This document shows, piece after piece, positions 25,144 to 34,127 of a DNA stretch of 34,129 bases (the first letter of the stretch is position 1; each line of letters opens with the position of its first letter). The stretch is taken from the IMG/VR virus record IMGVR_UViG_3300020044_001318, positions 1 to 34,129 of that record; one strand, given 5' to 3'. The notes beneath the pieces are model-generated. The model saw only the letters and a list, made by a program, of their open reading frames with translations, was not told where the DNA came from and made no database searches. The position numbers and the translations under genes are program-made. This DNA comes from a virus (lineage: Duplodnaviria; Caudoviricetes).

Positions 25144-26802
25144 TTAAAGTCCTGGTAAGCCCAATGGATTGGTTGGCGTTGCGTTGGGTATACCACCACC
25201 ACGGCCTGCGGCAGCCGGAGCGCCCCCACCGGCATAACCTTCAATGTATTTTTTACCTTCTTTATTGGTAGAAATTTTCATACCTTCAACAGCACGTTCT
25301 CTGGCAGCTGCTTTTTGTGCAATTACTTTTTCGCCTTCGCCAATTAAAGGGAAAAACTCTTTAATTGTGTTGGATATTTCAGATGCGCCAAAAGCAGCTC
25401 CAGAAGTTTTGCGCAAATAAGCAGTAGCAAAAGCCAATTGTGATTGTGCTAATTTTTGTTGATCTGCATTTGGCCCAATCAAACCAGTTGGGTCTGCATT
25501 AAATGTTGATTGAATAACATTTCCAATACCATCGCCAACACCAAATGGAACCATTTGCGCCAATCCAGTTAAAAGCCCCGGCACAACTGCATTTTTAACA
25601 GTGCCTGACTTTTCCAATTGTTTGATGGTGTTTTGTGCCTGTGCCATTGCACCGCCAAACATAGCTGCATTGCTTTGGGTTTCGGTCATTGCTGTGCCCT
25701 TGCCCATCAATGGCACACCAGGCGCACCTGCTGCAGGCGGCGCCATACCTGGCGCGGCTGGCCCTGCACCCGGCGCAGGCAGTCTTGCACCAGGCACACC
25801 GCCCCCAGGCATTGCTGGAGCAGCCGCGGGAGCAGCGCCACCAACAGTGACGGGAAACGCTTCTAATGTTCTTTTGTTGACGCCAACAATGCTGCCGTCT
25901 TCAGCTTCTTTAAGCTCAAAACCTGGGTTGGCTTTTTCCCATGCAAATTTGCCTTGGTCAAACGCCAAACGAGCCGCAGCATTTCTGTCAGCAAACGTCA
26001 TGCTTTTTGTAAATTCACTGCCTGGCACAACGGTGGCTGGACCACCCAACCCAGGAAAGGACATTACACGGCCACCAGGGCCGGTGTCTTGGGCAAAGGT
26101 AGTAGGTTTATTTTGTTTAATAAACTCAGCCATGCCTAAAGCATTTTGGTTTTTCCATACGTTAAACGCGTCCGGCGTTTTAGGAATTTCGGCCAATGCT
26201 GCTTCAAGGGGAACGCTAGAAATGGTGTCTTTTAAATATGGATCGTTATACATTGCAATAGTCCATTGCGCGGCGGCTTCTGGACTATTGACTTTACTAA
26301 GCTGATCACGAAACTGAGCGGTTCTAGTGGTGGCTAACTCTTGTCTTGTTTTTTGTTGCGTTAGCCCCGCCGTGTCTATTTCGGTTAGTGTTTTTTTAGC
26401 CTGCAATGCCTTTTGTTCCATCTCATTTATTCTTGCCAGTTCAGCAGGAATTAGATTGGGCGCAGTTGTCCTTAATTGGTCAACAATTGCCTGCCTCATG
26501 TCGGCATAGTTAATTCCTCCACGCGCTGCACCCATGCCAGCACCCATGCCAGCAAGAGTTTCGCCCGCCGGACTAGCGGCTGCGCCTCCGCCCATGCTTC
26601 CGCCTCCACCATAATATGCTCCATAGGCTTGGCCTAGCGCATTTTGGCCTTGCTCTGCACGTCTAGCTGCGCCAAGTTGAAACTGTGCCAAAGCATTTTG
26701 CTGTTGCGCGTTTTCAACTTGCGCCATCTGAGCGTACTGCGCCAACTGGTTGGGTATTTCAACACCCCTGTAGCCTAAAATAATGGAAGGATCAAAAGCC
26801 AT
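25144..26802 (-). CDS. DNA-ejection protein 2, positional analogue of P22 gp20
   Basis: 552 aa, Q/A/G-rich; C-terminal LRKTSGAAFGASE...FFP..GE motif. Confidence 0.7.
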   Translation of the reverse strand: MAFDPSIILGYRGVEIPNQLAQYAQMAQVENAQQQNALAQFQLGAARRAEQGQNALGQAYGAYYGGGGSMGGGAAASPAGETLAGMGAGMGAARGGINYADMRQAIVDQLRTTAPNLIPAELARINEMEQKALQAKKTLTEIDTAGLTQQKTRQELATTRTAQFRDQLSKVNSPEAAAQWTIAMYNDPYLKDTISSVPLEAALAEIPKTPDAFNVWKNQNALGMAEFIKQNKPTTFAQDTGPGGRVMSFPGLGGPATVVPGSEFTKSMTFADRNAAARLAFDQGKFAWEKANPGFELKEAEDGSIVGVNKRTLEAFPVTVGGAAPAAAPAMPGGGVPGARLPAPGAGPAAPGMAPPAAGAPGVPLMGKGTAMTETQSNAAMFGGAMAQAQNTIKQLEKSGTVKNAVVPGLLTGLAQMVPFGVGDGIGNVIQSTFNADPTGLIGPNADQQKLAQSQLAFATAYLRKTSGAAFGASEISNTIKEFFPLIGEGEKVIAQKAAARERAVEGMKISTNKEGKKYIEGYAGGGAPAAAGRGGGIPNATPTNPLGLPGL

Positions 26803-26811
26803 GGTTGTTCC

Positions 26812-27828
26812 TTAAACGGGCTTATACATAGACTGGCCCATCGCAGTCCTTGCGTTATAGGCCGCCAACTGATCTTGCTGACCCGCATAGTTCAAATACT
26901 GACCCACGCCGCCAGCCAAAGCATTAGCCATTCCCGTACCGCCTGCGGCTTGCGCAGCCCCAATGTTGGTTAGGCCGGCGCCAGCCGCTGCACCATAGTT
27001 ACCCGCAGCAGCAGCTTGGCCCGCCGCGCTTGCTTGGCCGGAACCCATCAAACTAGACAAGGGGGCAAGTTGATTGGCGCGATTGGTTTGATACCTGTTA
27101 AAAGCACTTTGATACTCTTGGCTACCCAAGTCTTGCCCAAAGCGTTGCGCGGCTTTTAAAGCCCCGCCAGAGATCAAACCGCCCCTAGCAGCAGCGCTTC
27201 GATCCAGCGCCTTCTGGCCTTCCGACAATCGGAACGCATAGCCTGGGTCAGTTGTGAAGTCGGTCATTCCAAAATCTTTGGCGTACTTGCCATAGTCCGC
27301 GCCTTGTGTGCCACCAGGCAAACCAAGATAAGTCAACAATTTGTTTTGAGCGCCTATGCCGGCACCCGTGAATGGGGCTAAATCAGCGCGTTGTTGCAAG
27401 TACTGTGCGTACAGTAACTGGTTGGCTTGCGCTTGTGCATTTGCTTGTGTATTGGCAGCGTCGCGTGCTGCACCAGCACCAAGCAAAGAACTGCCAAGTA
27501 TGGCCCCAGGCAGCAAATAACTGCTGGCACCCGCCGCACCTGCACCTGCGGCTCCAGCGCCAGCAGCTCCAGCGCCGGCGCCTGCTCCAAGTCCAGCAAG
27601 AGTTTCGCCTGCCGCGCTAGTGGCTGCGGTTCCAGCACCTGCGCCGCCGCCCAACAGATAGTTGCCGCCGTAGTATGCAGCCGCCGCAGCCGCAGCAAGC
27701 GCTGCCGCATCACGCCCGCCAGTGTTCCACAAATCCCCAATTGCGCCAGCCGGATTGGATACGACGTTGCTTACCGTATTTGCTACAGTGCCTACCGGAT
27801 TGCTTATTAACTGTTGAAAAAATCCCAT
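26812..27828 (-). CDS. DNA-ejection protein 1, P22 gp7-like
   Basis: G/A-rich hydrophobic N-terminus; DPGYAFRLSEGQKALDRSAAARGGLISGGALKA motif. Confidence 0.8.
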   Translation of the reverse strand: MGFFQQLISNPVGTVANTVSNVVSNPAGAIGDLWNTGGRDAAALAAAAAAAYYGGNYLLGGGAGAGTAATSAAGETLAGLGAGAGAGAAGAGAAGAGAAGASSYLLPGAILGSSLLGAGAARDAANTQANAQAQANQLLYAQYLQQRADLAPFTGAGIGAQNKLLTYLGLPGGTQGADYGKYAKDFGMTDFTTDPGYAFRLSEGQKALDRSAAARGGLISGGALKAAQRFGQDLGSQEYQSAFNRYQTNRANQLAPLSSLMGSGQASAAGQAAAAGNYGAAAGAGLTNIGAAQAAGGTGMANALAGGVGQYLNYAGQQDQLAAYNARTAMGQSMYKPV

Positions 27829-27838
27829 GCTGCTCTCC

Positions 27839-28174
27839 TTAGGTTACTTCACGGCCACTGACGCGCATGTTGATAGCTGTGGCAGTGCCTGCAATAGTGC
27901 TGATGAAGTCGCCTATGCCCAGCACTTGGCCCACCAACTCGGGGAAAGTATAGACCTCAGACGCTTGGAGCGTCTTGGTCTTGGTAATCAAGTTGGAGTT
28001 GCCGGCAGACCCAGACACCGTGACCAAGTTGACGCTGATAGTTGCAGCGCTGCCGCTGTAATTGGTTGCGGTGAATTTGTCGATGATGGCCGTGACGCCA
28101 GTAGCCGTGTACTGGGTTGTTTGGGCGTTCTCGACGTTCTTGGCGGGAACAAGGACTTTGACGGTGACTGTCAT
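27839..28174 (-). CDS. Beta-rich virion protein (111 aa)
   Basis: T/V-rich ORF in the tail cluster with SD GGAG. Confidence 0.75.
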   Translation of the reverse strand: MTVTVKVLVPAKNVENAQTTQYTATGVTAIIDKFTATNYSGSAATISVNLVTVSGSAGNSNLITKTKTLQASEVYTFPELVGQVLGIGDFISTIAGTATAINMRVSGREVT

Positions 28175-28177
28175 GGG

Positions 28178-28870
28178 TTACTCCAGTAAAAGGCAATTAT
28201 TAGCGGCAGCTTGCATGATGACCCAATTGGTGCCGTCAGACACCATTGTCGCCCAATTGCCTGCAACTGCCAAGAGGATTGCGGTGCCCGCCGCCCCACC
28301 GGCTTGGGGGACGACGTTGCTCGACGCTGACACCAGCGTCTGGGCTTGATAGTTTTGGAAGGTCAAATACCTACCAGGAAATGTGGACGCAGTTGGTAAG
28401 GTAACTGTACAGGTTGAGCCTGACTTATTGTTGATGTACCAGTTGCTGGTGCCCACTGTAAAGTCGGCCACTACAGTCACTGGCACGGTTGACAGCGCGG
28501 CAATTGATGCGTTGACTGCACCAATGTCAAGAATGGGCTGCGATTGCAACCCTTCAATCTGCTTTTGCATCTCGGCAATCTGAGACACCAAAGCAGAACA
28601 GCAGTCGGTCAATATGTCAGGAACTGGTAAGGTAACAACAGGCGGCAGCGTTTGCAATTCCTGATTGACCGCACGAAGCGCGGCGTCATAGGACGCAAGC
28701 AACGATTCGGAACTAAACGTAAGCCCAGAATCGTCAATAACCCCCGTGGCAACGTCGTTGAGCGACAAGAAAAACAAGTACCACGCCCGGTCAATCAACC
28801 CCGTGCGCGGGTCGATCAACGGCACCCTGGGGGGTGTAATGGGCGTGGGCGTTGCGTTTGGGCTAGGCAT
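28178..28870 (-). CDS. Tail needle-like protein (P22 gp26 position)
   Basis: PPRVPLIDPRTGLIDRAWYLFF N-terminus, coiled coil, and C-terminal knob (TVTLPTA...MVSDGTNWVIM); follows the gp10-like gene. Confidence 0.65.
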   Translation of the reverse strand: MPSPNATPTPITPPRVPLIDPRTGLIDRAWYLFFLSLNDVATGVIDDSGLTFSSESLLASYDAALRAVNQELQTLPPVVTLPVPDILTDCCSALVSQIAEMQKQIEGLQSQPILDIGAVNASIAALSTVPVTVVADFTVGTSNWYINNKSGSTCTVTLPTASTFPGRYLTFQNYQAQTLVSASSNVVPQAGGAAGTAILLAVAGNWATMVSDGTNWVIMQAAANNCLLLE

Positions 28871-30503
28871 TGGTCGGGCTAATGATCAACTCGGCCCCCA
28901 TGATGGCCACTTTGACCGGGTCAGTCATGGACAGCTCATAGACGCGGTCTCGCAACTTGACTGTCATGCCCAGCCGCCGCCAAAATGTTCGGTGACCATA
29001 CGCGCCAATCCTGCCAAGCGGCGACCAATGCTCGTTTGACCAAGTGTGACCGCCATCATCTGACCAACGCAACATGGCTTCGGGCTCGTAGCCTGGTGCG
29101 GCAGGGTATGAATTGGTAACAATTTCATAGCCTGTAATGTCAGTATCGGATAGCTCGTATTGCCCAAGCGGTTCAAAACCGTCCCCTGCTTCAGTGGTCA
29201 ATATGTCGCCTGATTGAGTGGCCAAATATGTTTGCACATATTGAGCCACAAGGTTTAACCCTGACTCAGTGTCTATGTTTTCGCTGTCGTATGCAGGGTA
29301 TAGGTTTAGCCCTACGCCCGTTTCGCAATCCAATTGCAAGCTGTGATGGGCCGTGCGCTTGAGGTTGTTTTGCCCCGTAGGCAGCGCCCGCCAGGTGCGC
29401 AGCCACTTTTGAATCTGTCCATTGTCGGCGTACACGTCAAGGTCAAAGGCGTAAATGTTGCCGTTTTCAAAGTCGCCAACAACAACCTCGTTGTTGAACG
29501 CCATTTGGCAGTTGCTACGGTGACGGGTAAACGCGCCGTCAACAAAGCCGGCCCGTTCGTGCCAGGCTTGGGTGGCCGCGTCGTACACCCAAGTGGTGTT
29601 GGCCGTGGGGAAGATCAGCACGTAAAAGCTGTGGCCATCCTGTTGATAAGTGTACGCAATAGCGTCCGACATGTCGCTGTACTGTTGGATTTGCCACTCG
29701 ACCGCATGGGTCGAGATGCGCTGGCCTTGATACCCGTTGGCCCGGTAGACGATGCCTTGGCCCCGGCGATCCCGGCCCAGCCAGAAGAGGCCGTTATCCA
29801 TTTTGGCGATAGAGTAGGGGGCTGCGCAACCAAGCTCGTTAAACGCGCCTTGGATGCGTTGCAGGGGGAAGTCTGTGGCGCCTGAGTCGTACCAGACCTC
29901 GATGGAGTTTGTGCCGAAAGCCCAAACCTCGCGGAAGTTGGACACCACGGCCAGCAGGCCGTCAGGTGAGCCTTCAGTGCTGGCAAACTCAAGCGGGTCA
30001 ATGGACGTACCATCCAAAAGGGTCGTGACCCACATCTTTTGGCTATTGGGCTCGTTGAACACGAAATAGCCGTCCAGATAGCAGACAGTCACCGCGCCGG
30101 GAAAATCAGGGTCGGTGATCTGGCCAAATGCGTTGGTCGTGGCGTTGTAAATGTAGCTGGGGCCGTTGGCTGCAATAAACAGTTGCGTGCCGTTATCGGC
30201 CATGCTGACCGGCCCAGTACCGGCCACAGTGCCAATCAGCGTGGCCGCGTAAGCGTTGTCAATCTTGTAAAGTTGGGTGCCTGACACCACAAAGCCCACG
30301 CCATCGTTGGGCGAGAACGCCCACAAACCGCGAACCGGGCCAGTGCCCACCGTTGACAAAAGCGCTAGACCTGGGCAGCGCTGTAAGAATGCCGGCTCTT
30401 TACCGCCTTCGGGGATAACTTCTGGAAACAGATTGACCATGCGGGCATCCGCAGCATTGATGCTGCGGGTCACATAGGTCGAACCAAGGATGGGCGTTTT
30501 CAT
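28863..30503 (-). CDS. Tail hub / packaged-DNA stabilisation protein, P22 gp10-like (546 aa)
   Basis: MVNLFPE, MADNGTQLFI, LDGYFVF, FASTEGSPD, QRISTHAVE, YQQDGHSFYVL, WSDDGGHTWS, WRRLG. Start revised to ATG 30503. Confidence 0.9.
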   Translation of the reverse strand: MKTPILGSTYVTRSINAADARMVNLFPEVIPEGGKEPAFLQRCPGLALLSTVGTGPVRGLWAFSPNDGVGFVVSGTQLYKIDNAYAATLIGTVAGTGPVSMADNGTQLFIAANGPSYIYNATTNAFGQITDPDFPGAVTVCYLDGYFVFNEPNSQKMWVTTLLDGTSIDPLEFASTEGSPDGLLAVVSNFREVWAFGTNSIEVWYDSGATDFPLQRIQGAFNELGCAAPYSIAKMDNGLFWLGRDRRGQGIVYRANGYQGQRISTHAVEWQIQQYSDMSDAIAYTYQQDGHSFYVLIFPTANTTWVYDAATQAWHERAGFVDGAFTRHRSNCQMAFNNEVVVGDFENGNIYAFDLDVYADNGQIQKWLRTWRALPTGQNNLKRTAHHSLQLDCETGVGLNLYPAYDSENIDTESGLNLVAQYVQTYLATQSGDILTTEAGDGFEPLGQYELSDTDITGYEIVTNSYPAAPGYEPEAMLRWSDDGGHTWSNEHWSPLGRIGAYGHRTFWRRLGMTVKLRDRVYELSMTDPVKVAIMGAELIISPTNA

Positions 30504-31156
30504 GCGACGTAACTTGGATACCACTTAGTTGTTGTGACGTCGTAAGTCATTGTCAATGCCTTACTAACCACCGCTGTGCCCGCAAGAGCAATATTTCCCG
30601 CCGTTGTCCATGTAAATATGCCGGTTGGAATTAATGTAATCGTACCGCCACCAGTAGAAATTGGCGCTGCTGCTGTGATGGTCACTACCGCCGTTGTTCC
30701 CGAAACAAAAACAATTGGTGTTGTCGGGGCAATTGTTGTTGCGCTTGCAATGGTTGGTGCGGCAGCGCTTATGGCGCTGAAGCTACTTAGTGAAAGACTT
30801 GTGCCTGTGGCCGCGCCGATAATGGGTGTTACCAGTGTGGGCGTATTGGCAAATACATTTGCCCCCGTACCTGTTTCGTCAGTTAAAGCTGCCAACAAGT
30901 TTGCACTTGATGGGGTCGCCAAAAATGTTGCTACACCCGTACCTAAATTAGATACGCCCGTTGCAATCGGCAAACCTGTGCAATTGGTTAAAACGCCACT
31001 GGCGGGCGTACCAAGCGCGGGTGCAACCAATGTTGAGTTGGTAAATAGCAGTGCGTTGGTAACTTGTTTGGTTGTGCCTGACTGCACAATTGGCAAAACA
31101 TCAGAAACGGCGGCGGCAGTTGCGGCGGGAAGAGAGGTGATTGCAATGGTGGCCAT
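30500..31156 (-). CDS. Thr/Ala-rich fibre-like virion protein (218 aa)
   Basis: N-terminus MATIAITSLPAAT..SDVLPIVQSGTTKQVT; fibre-like segments LGTPASGVLTNCTGLP and DETGTGANVFANTPTLVTP. Confidence 0.75.
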   Translation of the reverse strand: MATIAITSLPAATAAAVSDVLPIVQSGTTKQVTNALLFTNSTLVAPALGTPASGVLTNCTGLPIATGVSNLGTGVATFLATPSSANLLAALTDETGTGANVFANTPTLVTPIIGAATGTSLSLSSFSAISAAAPTIASATTIAPTTPIVFVSGTTAVVTITAAAPISTGGGTITLIPTGIFTWTTAGNIALAGTAVVSKALTMTYDVTTTKWYPSYVA

Positions 31157-31157
31157 G

Positions 31158-31889
31158 TTAGTAATTTCCTGCGTAAATGTTAAAACGTTGACGGGTGGCG
31201 ATCAGCGAATACGGCATTGACATAATGTCATCGGGGTTGTTGATGCGCTTCAAGTTGCGCTTGCTGGTCATTGCGATGCGCTGCACTTGGGGGCTAGGCT
31301 CGACGCCAAACTCAGGTGCAAACTCCATGGCCAAGTTGTACACAAAAGCCCGTAGATACCCAGGTGGGAACAGAATGTTGGTCGCCAAGTTAGCTGGCTG
31401 ACTTAGCTCTTGCACGCTGACAAAGTGGAACTCCAGCAGACGTGTGGGGCGCGGGTAGATGTTAATCGTAACGTCTGGATACGTGTTGTTGACGAACATC
31501 ACTTGGGGAAAGGTCGAGGTCACAGTCTTGACCGCAATACCGTTGTACTGCTGCTGATTGATCAGCTTGATGCCATACGACACCCCAGTACCGGGGTCTT
31601 TAAAGTAGGTGGCGTCATCGACCAAAACAGGCCGCACGGCGGTGCCGTTTAAGCGCACCAAAGAACCAGTGGGGCCAAGGGTTTCTTCAATGGAACTGAC
31701 CGGCCAGTTGACAATCTGGTCAATGGTGCAAAAGACAGACAGACGCTCGGTATTCCAAGAGTCAATCATTTGGTTGAGCGCCATCAAGGCGTCTTCAGAC
31801 ACTGATGCCGCTGGCGTTTCGCCTTCAGCCAGCACGCCCAGCAGCCGCAGCGCCCGGTTGATCTGATCGGCAGCAGAGTAGGTGGCCAT
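31158..31889 (-). CDS. Head-to-tail adaptor, P22 gp4-like
   Basis: DQINRALRLLGVLAEGETP...ALMALNQMIDSW and PPGYLRAFVYNLAMEFAPEFG. Confidence 0.8.
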   Translation of the reverse strand: MATYSAADQINRALRLLGVLAEGETPAASVSEDALMALNQMIDSWNTERLSVFCTIDQIVNWPVSSIEETLGPTGSLVRLNGTAVRPVLVDDATYFKDPGTGVSYGIKLINQQQYNGIAVKTVTSTFPQVMFVNNTYPDVTINIYPRPTRLLEFHFVSVQELSQPANLATNILFPPGYLRAFVYNLAMEFAPEFGVEPSPQVQRIAMTSKRNLKRINNPDDIMSMPYSLIATRQRFNIYAGNY

Positions 31890-31891
31890 CT

Positions 31892-32089
31892 TTACGCTCC
31901 TAGTTCGACCGCCTCAACAACAGGACGGCCACGTCTACGTTTTACTTCCTGTGGAGCCGCCTCTTCAACATCAATTGGCGTGTCAAGAGTATAGCGTGTC
32001 CAGCCATTTTTTTCGTCCTCTACAGCTTCAAGTTCCATCGTTGCAACTTTGGCGCCGTGGACTTCATGCGACATGTAAATAACGGGCAT
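31892..32089 (-). CDS. Small hypothetical protein with KRRRGRP motif (65 aa)
   Basis: Start revised to ATG 32089, just after a terminator-like hairpin; AT-hook-like RGRP. Confidence 0.7.
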   Translation of the reverse strand: MPVIYMSHEVHGAKVATMELEAVEDEKNGWTRYTLDTPIDVEEAAPQEVKRRRGRPVVEAVELGA

Positions 32090-32116
32090 AAAAAGAAGGG
32101 GGTGATTAGCCCCCTG
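32090..32116 (-). terminator. Rho-independent terminator-like hairpin
   Basis: Minus strand AGGGGG-CTAATCA-CCCCCT-TCTTTTT. Confidence 0.65.
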
Positions 32117-32123
32117 GTTGGTT

Positions 32124-32537
32124 TTACTGAACGTGGATAACTGCAAAGTTGATTACAAAAGCCTCAGCCAGCGCACCGCCTGAGAGATTGCGAATTGTGA
32201 TTACGCAACTTCCGGTAGTTTTGCTAGAAATCCAGCAGTTGTATGCACCAGCGGTAGCACCAGATGAAACGCTTAGAATAATAACGTCTTTTGCGCTGAT
32301 TGTGCTGTTGGTCAAAGTGAACGAAACATTTGTGATGTTAGCCAACGAAGCGCCGTTCAGTGTAATCTGGCCAGCAGACTTGTTTAGGGTTACTGGCGTA
32401 GACTTGTCTGTCAATTGAGTCACTGTACCGCTTGCTTCTGCGGTGTAACCCAACTCGCCACCAGACATCACAAAGTTAGACCCGATGATGTCTTGGTCTT
32501 CAAAAGCAACGCCGATTGGTTTGGTATTAGAAGTCAT
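32124..32537 (-). CDS. Virion protein, possible head decoration/fibre (137 aa)
   Basis: GTVTQLTDKSTPVTLNKSAGQITL; beta-rich; located in the capsid cluster. Confidence 0.75.
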   Translation of the reverse strand: MTSNTKPIGVAFEDQDIIGSNFVMSGGELGYTAEASGTVTQLTDKSTPVTLNKSAGQITLNGASLANITNVSFTLTNSTISAKDVIILSVSSGATAGAYNCWISSKTTGSCVITIRNLSGGALAEAFVINFAVIHVQ

Positions 32538-32546
32538 GATGTTCCT

Positions 32547-32572
32547 TAAAAATGGGGGCCAAAGCCCCCATT
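32547..32572 (-). terminator. Terminator-like hairpin
   Basis: Minus strand AATGGGGGC-TTTG-GCCCCCATT-TTT. Confidence 0.6.
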
Positions 32573-32574
32573 GT

Positions 32575-32982
32575 TTACTTCAAAAACGCCGAGAAAGCAT
32601 TGTCGCCAGTCTTCACAAACCGATACGTGTGCGCACCGAAACGTGGGACGGTAACAGAGCCAAAGATCGTGATGCCAGTGCCTGTGGTAACAGGAACGGT
32701 AGACGATGAGCCGGTGTTGTTGTTGTTGCAAATTGTCAACTCAAAAGCCGAACCAATTTTTGCGCTAGGAACAGCTGCATCGAGCAGCGTTGCTGTGGGC
32801 AACGTTACGGTCAATGTGGCATCGCTGCCTTTGTTGCACACAACCAAACCAACCGCTACTTGAGCGGCGGTTAAAGTGGTGTCGCCGGTCAAAGTTGCGG
32901 GGATAGTTTGTACGGTGAGTTGAGCTTCAGTCAGGTTGCCGTCACCAACTTGGTAACCGCCTGCGCCATTAGGGAGTGCCAT
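32575..32982 (-). CDS. Probable capsid decoration/cement protein (135 aa)
   Basis: Immediately downstream of the coat gene with strong SD AAAGGA; T/A/G-rich, TVTLPTATLLDAA. Confidence 0.7.
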   Translation of the reverse strand: MALPNGAGGYQVGDGNLTEAQLTVQTIPATLTGDTTLTAAQVAVGLVVCNKGSDATLTVTLPTATLLDAAVPSAKIGSAFELTICNNNNTGSSSTVPVTTGTGITIFGSVTVPRFGAHTYRFVKTGDNAFSAFLK

Positions 32983-33007
32983 GATAAATTCCTTTAAAAA
33001 AGTTACG

Positions 33008-33027
33008 AAGAAAAGGGCCGAAGCCCC
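33008..33027 (-). terminator. Terminator after major capsid gene
   Basis: Minus strand GGGGC-TTCG-GCCCT-TTTCTT; cUUCGg tetraloop. Confidence 0.7.
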
Positions 33028-33035
33028 GTTTCAAA

Positions 33036-34127
33036 TCAACCCCAAATGCGGCAGGCCATCTGTGGACGAATGGTGGAGAAGCCATACAACACGTCAATAC
33101 GGCAAGGCATACGGTCGTTGTTGATGTCGTACTGGCGAACCACACGCAAGCTGATGCCATTGTGGACGGCACGCGCGGCCATGTCTACGCCTTGGGGCAG
33201 CAACAAGTCAGCGGTAGCGAACGTGATGGCGTCCTTGTGGTAGACCAAGTTCTGGGGATACTGAGTTGAAGCAGCGCCCACAAACACCACAGCCTTGGCC
33301 GTAGCAGGCAAGGTCAGCATGGTAGCCAGAGCGTGAGTTGCTGAGTACATCGGCGCCACGGTCACGGTAGCAGTGGTGCTGGTGGTCGAAGACGCCAAAG
33401 CCACGAACTGGAACAACGAACCAGTGGATTCACGGGTTTGTGGGTTCACAGCAAAGCAGTCAGCAATTGTGAACACGTCACCAACGGTGATGGTTTCACC
33501 AGAGCCAACAGTCAACGTCAGGGTAGACGCGCCTTCAGCGGTCACGGCGGCAGCAGTGACGGTACCGGTAGCGGCGCGGGTGCCAGTAGTGTGCTGCTTG
33601 ATCGACTGAGACATGTTGATCTCGTCAAAGCCCAACACGCCCATGCCCATCATGCCGTTTTTGAATTGGCGGCTGATGGTGTCGGTGGGGTTGAACAGAC
33701 CTTTCATGCCTTCAACCAAACCAGCGTTAGCGGCGGGGTTGACGGTGGCATAACGGGGGCTCATCACAGCGGCGTTTTCGTTCAGCTTCTGTTGGGCTTG
33801 CAACAGCACCAAAGAAGTTGCAGGAGTGGTGCCAGGAGTGCCCACGGTGTTACCGATGCTCTTGTAAGCATTAGCGACGTCAGCGTCAATGGAACTGGCC
33901 AACTGGCTGATACGCGGCTTCAACACACGCTCTGCAAAGTCATCCAATTGCATGGTCAATTCAGCAGATGTGAAGTTGACACCAATGTGCTTTTGGCTGG
34001 CCACGGTCAAGGTGGTGAACTGTTCGTTGTCGTCTTGAACTTGCAAGGCGGCACCGTCGGTCACCAAAGCGCGATCAGGCAGGCGAATACGCAGGGTCGA
34101 ACCAATCTTGGCACCTTCAACAGCAAA
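33036..34127 (-). CDS. Major capsid protein, P22 gp5-like (5'-truncated)
   Basis: Frame is open to the window end (FAVEGAKIGSTLRIRLPDRALVTDG...). Motifs FAERVLKPRISQLAS, GDVFTIA, NLVYHKDAITFAT, CRIDVLYG. Confidence 0.93.
   Translation of the reverse strand, partial: FAVEGAKIGSTLRIRLPDRALVTDGAALQVQDDNEQFTTLTVASQKHIGVNFTSAELTMQLDDFAERVLKPRISQLASSIDADVANAYKSIGNTVGTPGTTPATSLVLLQAQQKLNENAAVMSPRYATVNPAANAGLVEGMKGLFNPTDTISRQFKNGMMGMGVLGFDEINMSQSIKQHTTGTRAATGTVTAAAVTAEGASTLTLTVGSGETITVGDVFTIADCFAVNPQTRESTGSLFQFVALASSTTSTTATVTVAPMYSATHALATMLTLPATAKAVVFVGAASTQYPQNLVYHKDAITFATADLLLPQGVDMAARAVHNGISLRVVRQYDINNDRMPCRIDVLYGFSTIRPQMACRIWG

Noticed and set aside
32132-32140. DnaA-box-like CGTGGATAA
   Set aside because: Single, mismatched, and inside a coding sequence; expected by chance.
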